A DNA stretch of 64,000 bases from Ylistrum balloti (Eukaryota), in assembly GCF_031769215.1 (NCBI RefSeq), contig NW_026782599.1:124001-188000 (forward strand). Direction: 5' to 3'. Position numbers and translations under genes: made by a program. Shown here piece after piece: positions 49,801 through 62,746 of this stretch. The notes under the pieces are model-generated. The model was given only the letters and a program-made list of their open reading frames with translations, did not search any database and had not been told where the DNA came from. The first letter of the stretch is position 1; every line of letters starts with the position of its first letter.

Positions 49801-51590
49801 ATGCGGCATCATCAGAACAAATTTACAGAATATAAAGAAGCATAAAGTATAGCTTTGTGGTAATAAAGATAATTATGACGTAATAATGGACAGACATAAC
49901 AATTTTTATACTGACATACTTTTATTGTGAAAAAGTTTATAGAAAAAGTTCCAGATATTTTGTTGGATTGAGTATTGATACCATGGAGTGTCGGTTGATC
50001 TTCCCCTGAAGTGTCCGTCGGCGGTGTGTTAGTAGTTTCAGTTTCCATCCTTATTCGTTTTAGTGGATTTGTATCTTCAATATCCTCAGTGATATCGCTC
50101 CGTTATTTCATTGAGAAGTTCCCTTCGGCCATGATTTATAACGCCAGCGGGTTGGAGTGGATCCCTTACAGGGTGCGGGGGTTCTCCATCAACTCAAATT
50201 AAGAGAAAACAATGTTGAAGAACCAACACATTATTATATGTCTCAGCTAGCCGCAATCTGAGATTTTATATATATGTATATATATATATATATATATACA
50301 TATACACAGGGTTTTCCATAAGAGCCAGTCGCCGGACAGTTTGATCGGCTACTTTGATCATTTGGCCGCCTACACCAATCCAATTCCGTAATAATGTTCC
50401 GTACATGACTACACGTACACGGCAGGCCACCCCCACCTCGCCGTGTTGCGGCTCGGGTCGGCTTGCTTCGCCAGCCTTCTACTTTCACTACACAGCCTAC
50501 TACTAACAAAATTATGGAAAACCCTGTATATATATAATGTGTTGGTACTTCAACATTGTTTTCTCTAAATTTTTAATAGAAATTCACGGCAGGTTTCCAT
50601 TCTCAGAATCTCCATGTGTATTGTGAATTATATAAAACAGAGATCTTGGGTGTAATGGATATATCATTAAAACTGTGAATGAGGAAGTGACTGTATAGAT
50701 GCTAGCTAATACTAAAAACACATTATTTATTTCTAACTATACTTCTTTGTCCTTGGCTCCATGGATTGCTGTCAGCTCTTTTTCATGTACAAGTACTTGT
50801 GAGTAGGGAGGGTAGGAGGGTAGGGGTGGCAATTCTACCTACCAAGAGTTTACCCCTAGAGGTTATCCTTGGGGATGGGTATAATTAGCTGGCAAACAAC
50901 AAATTTATCAGAACAAATGATCACCAATGGAGAGAATTAAGCTTAACAACAGCCTATCAGTCTATCAAACAAGGTGGTTGGTGAACACTACTGGTGGCTC
51001 CTAATTATATAACTGGCATTTAGTAACTTCCATTCAATGTGCTGATAAACCAATCCAATATGTATTGTGTACTTTGTATGCATCAGGCATGAGTTTTGTT
51101 TTTTGAAATGTCTGCGACAATGTATCCCTCTGAAAAATGACAACCAGGTCATGATGGTGTGGATTTTGTGTCTCTTGTAATACATGAAGATACATTTGTT
51201 AAATAATAACATTAAACACACCAGAGTGATGTGATTTCCCATAGAGACATGTACATGCATATTACGTTGCGATAACACATACCCACTTGACCTATGAAAA
51301 TAACCTTATGTTACATTATCCACTTGAAACATGATGTCGTCATCGCTTGCATTAATTGGGTTTGTTCTTTTCACAGATGTAGGAGCAGTCAGCAGCCTTT
51401 AGATGACTGCTTGATGAGGACAATGAACTTAGAACGTCCAGATCCGGGCTACTTTATCGAACGTAGGTTTCACTCCTCCACCCGCCCCCCACCTCCAGAC
51501 AGGAGAAGGCAGTATGAGAAACTGCCAGACTTAGCTGATCCAGCCAACATGCCTAAAGATCAGCAAAGATTGCCTGGAATGACGGAATAA
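46838..51590 (+). CDS. NDUFA8: NADH dehydrogenase [ubiquinone] 1 alpha subcomplex subunit 8, 175 aa
   Basis: Exons 46838-46972, 48993-49171, 51377-51590 (GT-AG, in phase). N-terminal LPSFEELKVPELPISSSALRAASLYMGKYC and four CX9C motifs (CDEQCKEFMLC, CMNEGKEVTRC, CREEFNNYHSC, CRSSQQPLDDC), then LERPDPGYF. Confidence 0.95.
50199..50570. mobile_element. Fold-back / nested MITE-like structure in NDUFA8 intron 2
   Basis: Outer inverted arms 50199-50237 and 50535-50570 (AGAGAAAACAATGTTGAAG.ACCAACACATTAT). Inner TIR pair CAGGGTTTTCCATAA (50307-50321) and TTATGGAAACCCTG (50512-50525) embedded in TA runs. Confidence 0.7.
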
Positions 51591-52539
51591 CTTTGACGTC
51601 TATGCCATACAATATAGATTTGGATGGGCTGGAACAGCCAGACTCTTGGGAACCAGATTCTTAAGAAAATATTCATTGACTTATAGTGAATGTTTTTCAG
51701 AGGAGTTTGTTATGTGTAAACTTGTTTGTAAATAAAAATGAAACTCATTTACTTCTACTTATTTTTATGATAAATTTCTTCGTACTCACTTTGTACGACA
51801 GCTGAAGTGATATCGGTGAACAGGGGACAAACACCGACCTTCTACTGCGTAGGTTTTCTCCAGGTGTCCTTCTGCATAAGACTTCAGGCATGTTTTAATC
51901 CAAGCCAGTGAGAGTGACAGATATAAATCATAGTTAACGTATTGAAACAATACTAATACCCGAAATAACAGAGCTTGCACTTTGGACATAAAACAAGGGT
52001 TCAATAACAGGTTATAAAGAGGTAAATTTTCCGGGGGGAAATTTTTATTGCAAAAGATGAAATCAAGATTCAACAGTTTGATACTTGCAGGTGCAAACAT
52101 ACTGAGTACATGGTACAGTTTCTTCAATTGTAGCTGTTTTCAATTTATGGCAATGAATGGACATATATACCAGCATATGAAAAGAATTATTGCAGCATAT
52201 TGGATCTGGAAAAAAGTCAATATCATCAGATACAGGGCTGTTGGAATTGTCTTACATCGGTGGTTCCTTGTCTGTCCCTCATCCCTTCCTACACAATTCT
52301 TATCACCGATCTTTGAGGTCTTCAGGAACAATTACAACAAAATTACTTATGATATTACATATCTTATGGAATTAAGAAGGCTTTACCCTGAGACTATTAA
52401 AACTGTAGGCCATATTGGAGAAGTCAGAAAAAATATGTCTGTGTCTTCAGATTCAATATTTATAATATGAAAAACTGAAGTCTTCTTTTTCCAATGCGAA
52501 CTTTTAAGGCTGTCTTGAAGAACTCCCTTTTCTTCCTCG

Positions 52540-53200
52540 GGTCTGGAGTCAGATCAGCTCAGATCAAATGCTGAGATCCATAGTCCTGTCTGTATCTACG
52601 GTTTGTCTAAGGACAAAGTATCTAAGTGTGATGCAGGCCAATTTCACGATGATCGGGTCTGTAGTGTGTTATCTCCCTTCCATCAATATCCTTAAGCAGA
52701 GTAATCTCTGAGTGTTCTGAACGATCATATCAAATCATCTGCTTTCGAATAAATATTACGTCATTGGCACGTAAAATCACGAACTTGTTGTTCGGTTGAC
52801 AGCCCATCGTCACTGAGACCTTAAGTTAAGACATGAAATTTCTTCTTCTGTCCTCCTGTAACTTTGCTTGTCTTTCCAGAATCTGAATTCTGTGCACGAG
52901 CACGAACGTCTGCCCTCTTTAGGTTTTCTTCATGACGTAAATTTCATCAACCTTATCAGAACAGTAGTCGCAATTTGTCTTCATTTTGCTATTTTCACCA
53001 AACGTTTCTTATTTCTCTTCCACTTTTTAAAAATTCTGTTTGACAGTTTGTGCATGTCTTTGCAAAGTTCGTCAACCTTTTTCTCAACGGTAGCTATCTT
53101 GTCTAACAAGTTCTTTTCTATAATTTTTACCAGTTTTCCTCATTCTAGATGAATTACGGGTGCTTTGTCCTGTGTTGCCTTTGTCAGCCATTTTGATTTC
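52540..53200 (-). mobile_element. Possible degenerate LINE ORF1 remnant
   Basis: Broken minus-strand frames give a coiled-coil-like stretch (IIEKNLLDKIATVEKKVDELCKDMHKLSNRI) and later DPIIVKL, resembling the RPIIVKF motif of LINE ORF1 proteins. Multiple stops and frameshifts. Confidence 0.35.
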
Positions 53201-54726
53201 AACTTCTGCTGACTTGGAAACAGCCCCTGTGAAAATGCTCTTGGGATTCTCTCACGCTGCTGCGGTTGTTTTTCACCTTACCTTGTAAGGGACATTCCTC
53301 GGATAGTATGAACAGGCTGTGCACAAAATGTGACCGCAGTGATGTTGATCGGGAGTCTTGTGTAATACAGTTGATAAGGATCAAGATTCTCTACTCACAT
53401 GAAGATTTTTGCAGGGTTTTTCACCACCACGTACATTATATTAAGATTTGAGAACTGCTGTGATGCCTATATGACATTCCTATATTCACGATATTACAGA
53501 ACAATTTTTTTTCAACCTTTTATATATATTTACCTGAATTGAAATAAAAACAAAAAAGGCTGTGGTGATATTAATGATAATATTCTTTCAAATATTAGTT
53601 TTACAACAAAAAATATTGAAAAAAATGTAAAACATGTTAAATATATACATCATAGACTTGAAAAAGTTACAAATCGTTGTGTTTTACATTGCAAAAGATA
53701 TTAAGCTAAAGTGGCTTCATTTCAATATTACACATAGTATACTAGCCTCCAATAGTTAAAACAACAACATTTTCGATAAATACCTGTGTACATTTTGTAA
53801 ACAAGCAGTGGAAGCTATTATAAATATCTTCAATGAATGCAAACAAGCTGAAAGGTCATGGAACTTACTTTAGAACTGGATATTTTCAAAAACAGCTGTG
53901 TTTATTAACTTTACGAAAGAAGATTTTCTTGTAAACATAGTAAACAATATCGAGCGCAAAACCTGTGTTAACAGTAAATCATTACATTTGCAACCAGCGA
54001 ATGAAATGTGACATGCTATATACAGAAAGGTATATTAAAAATTCTATAATACTGAAAAAATATCTATCTACGTGTCATGGTTAACTTGTAACACTCAAAC
54101 AAAAATTGAGATTTATATCCAATTTAGCAATAGACATCTAGACTAATAATCTGTATAGTTAATCAGTATGTATAAATGTCAAATACCGAACTGATAATTC
54201 TGTGAGGTCCTGCTGAATAATGCATTTTCTATATAACGTATTATATAACAGATCAGTAGAACCACTTGTTCATTTACAGTAAAACTCTATTCAGCCTGGG
54301 AAGTAAGGTACATTATATGTTGTATCTAACTATCGATGGAATTTTTTTTTAATGTTAGCAAAAAAAGAACAATTTATTTTATGTTTAAAGGAAAATGTCT
54401 CATTTTCACTTAAATACACATTTGATACACGTATTTCAATGTACAATGTATTTCCGTAAGACCAGTATCGATATTGAGGTTGATAAATTCAATACTCCGT
54501 CTTACTAATTCAACAAAAGCTAATATGTTCGACATTAAAATACTTTTTGGCAATAATCATGTTACGATATTTCTTCTTATTGACTCTATTGGCTAATCTG
54601 TATAGTACATAGATAAAGCTAATTCCTCTTTTTGCAGTTTTACGCAAGAGATTGGTATTGCACTTCTTTGATCCGGTAAGCAAATTACTTTTGTTTTTCA
54701 GAAATGTAGATTTTGGAATTTTGCTT

Positions 54727-54727
<1 letters not shown>

Positions 54728-54769
<42 letters not shown>

Positions 54770-54809
54770 TTTTTTTTTTTTTTGTTTTGTTTTTTGTTTT
54801 TGTTTTTGT
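54728..54809. repeat. Poly(T)/(GTTTTT)n tract
   Basis: Direct reading. On the minus strand it is a poly(A)-like tract about 900 bp 3' of the MyD88 stop. Confidence 0.9.
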
Positions 54810-55702
54810 TAGAATGCATATACCACTTTATGAAAAAACGAACATACATCCTGTTGAAATTAGTTTAAGGTTTAACTATGGAATTAACTGGAACTACAAA
54901 AGTTGTCGAGGGAAGGTTCGACATCGGTCTGTATTTACATGTCAAGCGTCTAAGTGAATTTGCTCAGGGTACCGGTACTTCTGACGATTCGCAGCAAACA
55001 AACTACATCCCATGAAAAAAATCAACGCGGAGATTCTATGACTGGTTATCAAAAATGTTGCTTTTTTTGTTTACTAAAGGCAGTTGTTAGATAAAAGTGG
55101 TTAAGAGCAATCGTTGATACAGTCTGAGTTTGACCTGTGTATATTGATCTCTGCGATGTCATTAGATTTACTAATTCAAAAACGTTTATGTCAGAAATAA
55201 TGATACTTATATGTACACTGACGTAATGTCAAATTCACTACAATGAATTTACCAATTGTATTTTTCTTTATAACATATTAATTAGATATGTTATAAACTT
55301 CAAATCGTTACAGCTGTTTTGCTCCTCTGAAGACTCAAACAAAACAAATGAAATGTTTCTGTTTCAGAAAGAGTATATATGTTAGATTTAAAGGAAACAA
55401 AACGAGAGCTCTTAACTTAGGACTATCGGGATAAAAACAGACTCCATTACATCGAATTCATCATCCGTTCAGAACTGTTTCACTGTGTAAAACTCATTTT
55501 TCCGATAACCTATTTTATTTATGGCCTTTTTATCTGTATGCATTGATTAATGTGACCGTTATCATGATTGTTTTTCAATAAATAAGCAGAAAGTGACAAT
55601 TACATTATTTGTCATTACAAAATCGCTGAATCACTCATTATGAAGTCACTATGCAAATGTATGTATATATTAACCTGCGTGTTTTACAGTGGTGTGTTCA
55701 CA

Positions 55703-58138
55703 TTATTGATCGTCTGACGTGTCTCTTTTGGGTTTTCGAGTGAAAAGTTTTAAGAAATTCATTTTCTTCTTCTTATTATTGGCCTCAATTTGCGTATTCA
55801 GACAACGTGGTGTTCTCTCGAACCCATTTTCGTTCCAATCGGGACTAGCTTCCTTGACCGCTTTCAGAAGGCGTTTCCAGTTCCAGTCTATCATGTCTTC
55901 CTTAGTGAAATCACAGAGTGTCACGTGACGAAGTAGGTCAGGAATATCCATTTTACTGATAAGAATCGGGACTAACCTCTTTTCCTTTGTTGCTGTGAAT
56001 GAAGAACAGAGAGAAGCATTTGAAATTAAAAGATTTAGAAACTTCTATCTCTCGTCAAGTTCTTTGGTTCAAAACCTCAGAAAGTGATAACAGAATTTGG
56101 GCCAGTCTTTCAGTCGCAATAAGCATACTCAGCATAATTCAAGCTTTGATTCAACCGTTGAAGACTCAAGTATGTTAAACATGACAAACATCACTGCTAG
56201 GTTTATTGAAAAATATTGAGCTGTTATGTACACCTTTCAAAAATAATAGCATTTAATATTGCTTAGTACAATATAGATAATAACGTACTGTCCAAATCTT
56301 AGACATATATTTGTAAATAACACACTGCTGCCCAGTGTTTCCTACCACGAATATATGCATATCCTTGCTCTGTTAACGATTATTAGAAAAAAAATATAAT
56401 TGGTTTTATATGGATTTTTCATGGGATTGTGTGCTCATAACTCATCTCCACTGTACACATTTCGCAGCCCATTATAACGTGGTCAGGAAGAACGTACCTG
56501 GACAAAGAGCATGCGCAAACTTCGTCATGAAGTCGCACGCGACACTTTGGTGGTACTCTATTGATAGGACGATGATCATAAGTCGACATCTGAAAAATGA
56601 CAAGTAAATCACACTTTGAAAAGTGAAACATAGCAGTTATTCATTAACGACCAAGGATTGCTATCTTTTTTGTTGTAGCAGAATATAGAACACAATGATA
56701 TCATGATTTGGCCGTGAGGTGTTCTAGTACAGCGAATTTCGGAAGTCAATATGAGGTTAATTAAATCGGTACCATCGCACAATTACTGAGTACAGAAGGG
56801 CAGGATATATCAGTGTATACTTCAAAGTATTACATTGGTATAATACATCTACTGGTAAAACTCATATCAATGTTTTATATAAATTAACGACTAACTCCGA
56901 ACTACGAACAATCCTTTAAGTAGAGAATTAGTATTGTGACCAAGTTAGAAAGACATTTCTTTCGCTGGTATCATATAGAAATATTCCACATTGAAACATC
57001 ATAGACATTTCTATATACCCGGAAACACAAAGGACGTCTGTATACACATTGAAACATCACGAATCTTCTATACACCCGGAAACCTAAAGGATTTCTGTAT
57101 ACACATTAAACCACCACAGACCTTTCTATACACCCGGAAACCTAAAGGATTTCTGTATACACATTGAAACACCACAGGCCTTTCTATACACCCGGAAACA
57201 CAAAGGATTTCTGTATACACATTGAAACACCACAGACCTTTCTATACACCCGGAAACACAAAGGACTTCTGTATACACATTGAAACATCACAGACCTTTC
57301 TATACACCTGGAAATCTAAAGGACTTCTGTATACATACTGAAACACCACATACCTTTCTATACACATTGAAACATCACGGATCTTCTATACACCCGGAAA
57401 CACAAATGAGTTCTGTATACACATTGAAACATCAGGAATCTTCTATACACCCGGAAACACAAATGACTTCTGTATACACATTGAAACACCACAGACCTTT
57501 CTATACACCCGGAAACACAAAGGACTTCTGTATACACATTGAAACATCACAGACCTTTCTATACACCCGGAAACATAAAGTACTTCTGTATACACATTGA
57601 AACATCACGGATCTTCTATACACCCGGAAACCTAAAGGACTTCTGTATACATACTGAAACACCACATACCTTTCTATACACATTAAAGCACCACAGACCT
57701 TTCTATACACCCGAAAACACAAAGGAGTTCTGTATACACATTGAAACACCACAAAAGTTTCTATATACACGGAAACTCAAAGGACTTCTCTATACAAATT
57801 GAAACATCAAGGACCCTTCTATAAACATTTAAACTCTAAGGACTTTTCTTTGGCCGGGATCATGTAAAAATATTGCACATTGAAACACCATGGAATCTTC
57901 TTGAATCAGAATCAAATCGTTGGCCGGCACCATATATAAATAACGGTAATGGTCTTAGAAGATCTTCCACAATTGGACAATTATAAATTCAATATAATTA
58001 ATATAGAATTAAAAGAGAGAGAGAGAGAGGGGGGAGGGAGAGAGAGAGAGAGAGAGTGAGAGGGGGGAGGAGAGAGAGAGGGGGGGAGGGAGAGACAGAG
58101 AGAGAGAGTGAGAGGGGGGAGGGAGAGAGAGAGAGAGG

Positions 58139-58169
<31 letters not shown>

Positions 58170-61100
58170 GGGGGATGGTTTCAGTTTTCATTAGGTGACC
58201 CTCGTATTTAATTTGGATTAATGATGATGTAAGTGTCAACAATTCATACTTATCATGGTTTCTTATGCTAATCACAGTACTACATGCCAAACCTTATGTC
58301 CAGGGTAACTACTGACTGGTCAGCTACAGGCCATAAAGTATATTTGTAACGGAAGCCAAATCTTCGGCCTTATATCATAAGTTAACACAATTTGGTTAAA
58401 TTTTGCAACTCTGTGAAATATACTTTGCAATCAAATAAAAAAAAGCATGATGTCAAAATAAAGTTACAATCAATAAAACTATGACAAAATATGAACAAAT
58501 AAGAAAAAATGAAGAAAAAGTTACATGGAAACTCCCGAAGAATAGGACCAAGTGTTCACACTATAAAAGTCAATTACACTGTTTAATCTATGTTTTTTTG
58601 TGCTGATAAAATTGGTCAATACAAAATACTACATTTGGAAACTAGTGCTTTAAATAACTACGATTTGAGCATGACATTTCTTTACCGTATTTTGATGAGA
58701 CTTGCGTAAGCATGGTACTGAGCTTGTCCTGGCAGATCGTCCCTTTTCGGAATACACAGCCGAAAACCGACATCTTCTAGCTTCCTAGCCATATCTTTGA
58801 CGAAATCAGCATCAGCCACACTTTCTGAGTTCCAACACACAAAGGCGTCATAGAACTGAGGACGTCCATATTCCGCTACACAAAATATAAATGATAAAGT
58901 TTGGTTACTAAACATTCGCATATCTACAAAATTAGGGGAAAAAAGTTTCATTGGTGTAAAATCAGATAATACCAAACATCGGGTATTTCACTGAGGAGAA
59001 AAATTGGTGGCGTTTGATATTCTTTAAAATGAAAGTTTTGTAATTACATGTAGCTCATAGAATGGCTCAAACATATTTATCTGGACTCCTGGCTTTCTCA
59101 AGTAATTAAGATAATTAAATCATTATTCATGCACAAATTGTCAACTAGCACGACGACAGTACAGATACGTGAGACCTACCGTCCGCTCTTGTCAACACCA
59201 GCTGGTCGTCCGGGAGGGCACCTTCAGACTCCACTGAAATAAAAGAGAAATATATATCTGATGAAAGAAGAAAAGTATCCATCAACCGAAGGGTTACTTC
59301 TTCTGAAAGCATTGCATACAATGGCATTTAGAATGCAACTGCCAGTTACATAACAGTAACATAAACCAAACAATAATTAATAAGAATACAAAAGAATCCG
59401 TAACGTTGTTTAAAAACTTTGACGTAAAGGTATGTCGTTTTAGCACAATAAATGAAAAGCTTTCGATTAAACACCTTTTGTATTCTTTTGCTCATACAAT
59501 AATGCTATTCAAGTTAGCAGTTTGTGTTACAATGTCTCCAAACGTGCTTAATTTACTTGCTAGGGTTAAGGAAATGTATAAAAGTTACTAGAATGGAATT
59601 TTTTAATGTGAAAATTTTGACAATAAATAGTGGAATATTCAAGAAAAAGTATTTGTAAAGGGAAGCAAAATTGACAGAGTTAGTTGAACAGTTTAGCCGA
59701 CCGGTTCTGTAGTGGTATGAATGAACTCTTAAGTTTTCAGTTCACGTGACAGAAGCAAAACTGAGCTGTGTAAGAGATAATTTCCTCGAGATTTGCAGCC
59801 AGGGATTTTGTTATGTAATAATCCTAGAATTCATAATTTTCAAAATAGTAATGTACAAAAACGGCCTGCATGTTATAGGCTAAGGTTATCTAAGATATTA
59901 TAAATGAAACGTTCTGTCATGGGTTAGGATTACCGTCAGGTTTAGTTACTGGTCTCTTCTGTCAATGGCTAGGAAAACTCCTTGCCTAAGTCTATTAGCA
60001 TTAGCATTTTACATCAGTGAAAAGGTCTATTATCTACTTTTAATTATCGTCCATAATGCAGCATGCAGCGATAAGATCTAACACCGGAAGTTAGGGCTAT
60101 AGATGTGTAAATATCACATAACGATAACATGCCAGGAGCCATCCATACATACCTCATGTAACATGCCTGTTTATACACTTACCTATATTGGCGCATGAGG
60201 GTAGCGGTTTTTCACGTCGTCGTAATTCGCTTTCAATGTCTCCATCTAAACAGTGGTATTGATAAATCTGATAAATTTCTGTTTAAGTATACATACCGTA
60301 TATACAAACATCAAGAGATCCCAAAGGAATCGTAGAGTTCACCATTTATTTGTTTTATAAAAGCTTTCTCTTCTTTTGTATTCCATTTCCTTCTAATCAT
60401 AAAAAAATTAATTCCTCATAACATAAGCAGTAATAATTTTTAATTGTCAAAACCAAGATGGCCGCCTGTCAAACATTTTTATTTTTTTTTTCAATCAGTC
60501 CCAAAATCAAAAAGGGCACATTTAGGGATCAACTGAAATTGAAATACGAATCCTGAGAAATACCTATAAATCCAAGATGGACACCATCGGGGGAATTTAA
60601 ATAGCAAATTCGAGAAAGATCCAACGAGCAGTTCTCAAGAAATAGCTATAATAAATGTTTACGCACTTACGTACGGACGGACGTCAGATCAACGACCTAG
60701 GGCGATTTCAATAGCACATATCTGATAATGGTGGGCTTTAAAACTAAATAGGAAGAAACACAATTACAACGTATAAAGACACCGATTAAACCCATTTTAT
60801 ATGCTGCACCGAACCTAAAAATTCTGATATAATGCTATAACTGTCCTAAGAAAGCGGTACAAATTAGCCCTTAGCATAAAAAACATCGAACATTGTAGGT
60901 TATATATCATCAAAGTCAGCTACATCATCATAACCTTGTATATGTATATAAATCCTTGTTATGCGTTAATAACACATGTTCAACCTCCTCAGTATAACCT
61001 TGTATATATCTAAGTCATCTTATACACAAAATAACATCAGTGTCAGCCTCACTATCATGACATTGTGTATATCGGAGTTATTTTGATAACATTCCCTGTT

Positions 61101-62746
61101 GATGTTATCACACAAGTCAATGTTTTAAGGATTTATTGATGACGTGGCTGTAGGATATATTTATCATTGATACAAGATATATAACTCATAAGAAACACTC
61201 CCAATTCCTAGTAGGTAAAATACTTGCCATCCATACGATATCAGTATGTATATTGGGTAACTTATGAAACTCACGTTCGTGGTTCAATTACTGCTGACAC
61301 AGGTAGCATTGTCACTGTTTTATATGAGTGTTCTTATTGACAATTTGATACGGCAAAGCGGGCCTTCTTTACATTGTCACAAAGCAGCTGGTGAGCAATA
61401 ACACGCAAGTATTTACCACTAAGAGTTCTGAAGGGCCTTATACAACGGCAGCACATTCGTCCTATCAAAAGTTTTCATTTCAGAATTTTCTATTGCCAAG
61501 ATCTTGATGACAAAAGGAAATAGGCAACTGGCATAACCTATAAAAACCACTCTCCATACATTACGAAAAAAACATGTTTACAGACACACCGATCAAATGG
61601 TCTTTAGATGATAATGATCTTAAATAACATGAGACCTAAACATCTTAATATGAATTTAAATAACTAGATAAATAAGAAGAAACAGGAAATACAAAGAATT
61701 TTAATTTATTCATATTTGTGTCAGGGCCCAGTTTAAATGCTACTTTAAATGGAGGCAGGGAATAGTCAGACAGGCCATACACACTCACAATTCTGTGCCG
61801 GGTCCAAACAAGACTACAACCTAATACAATGCTGGTAGACTGTATGAATGCCTGTACCGGTAATGAATCTCTGAATTCACACAAGAACTGTTTTATTCCT
61901 GTCTGTATTCATTGTATAAGAAATCTGAAATATCTAGAGGTATAGAATCATTTAGAGCAGGAAGGAAGTTGAAGAAGAGTTGTCTATGACTTGTGAACAG
62001 AGGACAGTGGAGAAAGCCAATACAATTCTCTACAGAATGACGACGCTTACAAGCGTTGCTATTGACTAGGTGATAATTAAATAAATTGGAATTCATTTAA
62101 GATTACTAGAACAGTTTCTTTCATGCCATAGAATCATGTTTACCTTTATGTTTCTATAATGTTTAAAAATATTTTAAAATACCAGTGCACTAGTGATGTG
62201 CATCAGTGACTGGTTATGACAAAAATCTTAAGCGTAGATGTCATTGTGGGAAACAGACAAGATGGACTGTATTTCCTTCACAAGTGAAGACTTATAGACT
62301 TGTTATTTAAATAAATGTAGAATGAGTTCATAGATCCAATGGGCATGACCAATTGGAACCGTTAGAGGGAAAATTGGAGGTTAGAATTGATACTTACTAA
62401 TATACTTTCTGCTCTCTTCCATGACGTCTAAGCGTTGTAGTTTTTCTAAATGTCTCCATAGTTCTCCTATACATGGATTGCTACGTTTCTCCCATTCGCT
62501 GAGAAGTGCATTAGTACAGTTGTCTGTCCTCTCAAATTCCATGATTTCCAGGAATGTAAAGTTTAAAAGTTCTGCCAGACCAGTATAATTTGGTATTAAT
62601 TCTATGTTATCATCAAGCTCTCGTTCTTGATTTAACATGTCGGCAAGTTTACGTCGAGATGCAATGTTAAGTATAGATATTGGCAGGTTATAACCATCAC
62701 TTCGTAACGCAAGTTTGCCAGAAACTACATCAGGTAGAGTCGCCAT
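55703..62746 (-). CDS. MYD88: Myeloid differentiation primary response protein MyD88 (death domain + TIR), 345 aa
   Basis: Exons 62746-62398 (death domain: LPISILNIASRRKLADMLN...YTGLAELLNFTFLEI...LLSEW...IGELWRHLEKLQRLDV), 60245-60183, 59233-59180, 58875-58686 (TIR box 1 FYDAFVCW, BB loop RDDLPG), 56589-56498 (RCRLMIIVLS...CDFMTKFAHALCP), 55992-55703 (RLVPILI...LRHVTLCDFT...WNWKRL). All are GT-AG and in phase. Confidence 0.93.
57000..57845. repeat. 58-bp dimeric minisatellite, about 14 copies, in MyD88 intron 4
   Basis: Unit TTCTATACACCCGGAAACACAAAGGAC + TTCTGTATACACATTGAAACACCACAGACCT. TTTCTATACA recurs at 57181 and 57239. Confidence 0.92.
58012..58173. repeat. (GA)n/G-run purine microsatellite
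   Basis: Direct reading. Confidence 0.95.
60440..60745 (+). mobile_element. 3' fragment of a HINE-like repeat in MyD88 intron 1
   Basis: CAAGATGGCCGCC and CAAGATGG motifs plus an ACGTACGGACGGACG...ATTTCAATAGC...GGTGGGCTTTAAAA end. Recognition only. Confidence 0.35.

Noticed and set aside
51786-52470. Overlapping 113-aa and 140-aa ORFs after NDUFA8
   Set aside because: Non-ATG starts, no family motifs and no exon chain; probably chance or decayed TE.
52540-53250. Possible extra C-terminal exon of MyD88
   Set aside because: The MyD88 frame already stops at 55703, and this segment has many stops and looks like a LINE ORF1 relic.
61645-62096. Candidate alternative terminal exon giving a death-domain-only MyD88 (acceptor near 61934, in-frame stop at 61893, AATAAA nearby)
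   Set aside because: A complete in-phase exon chain exists without it, and such sites are common in AT-rich introns; unsupported without transcripts.
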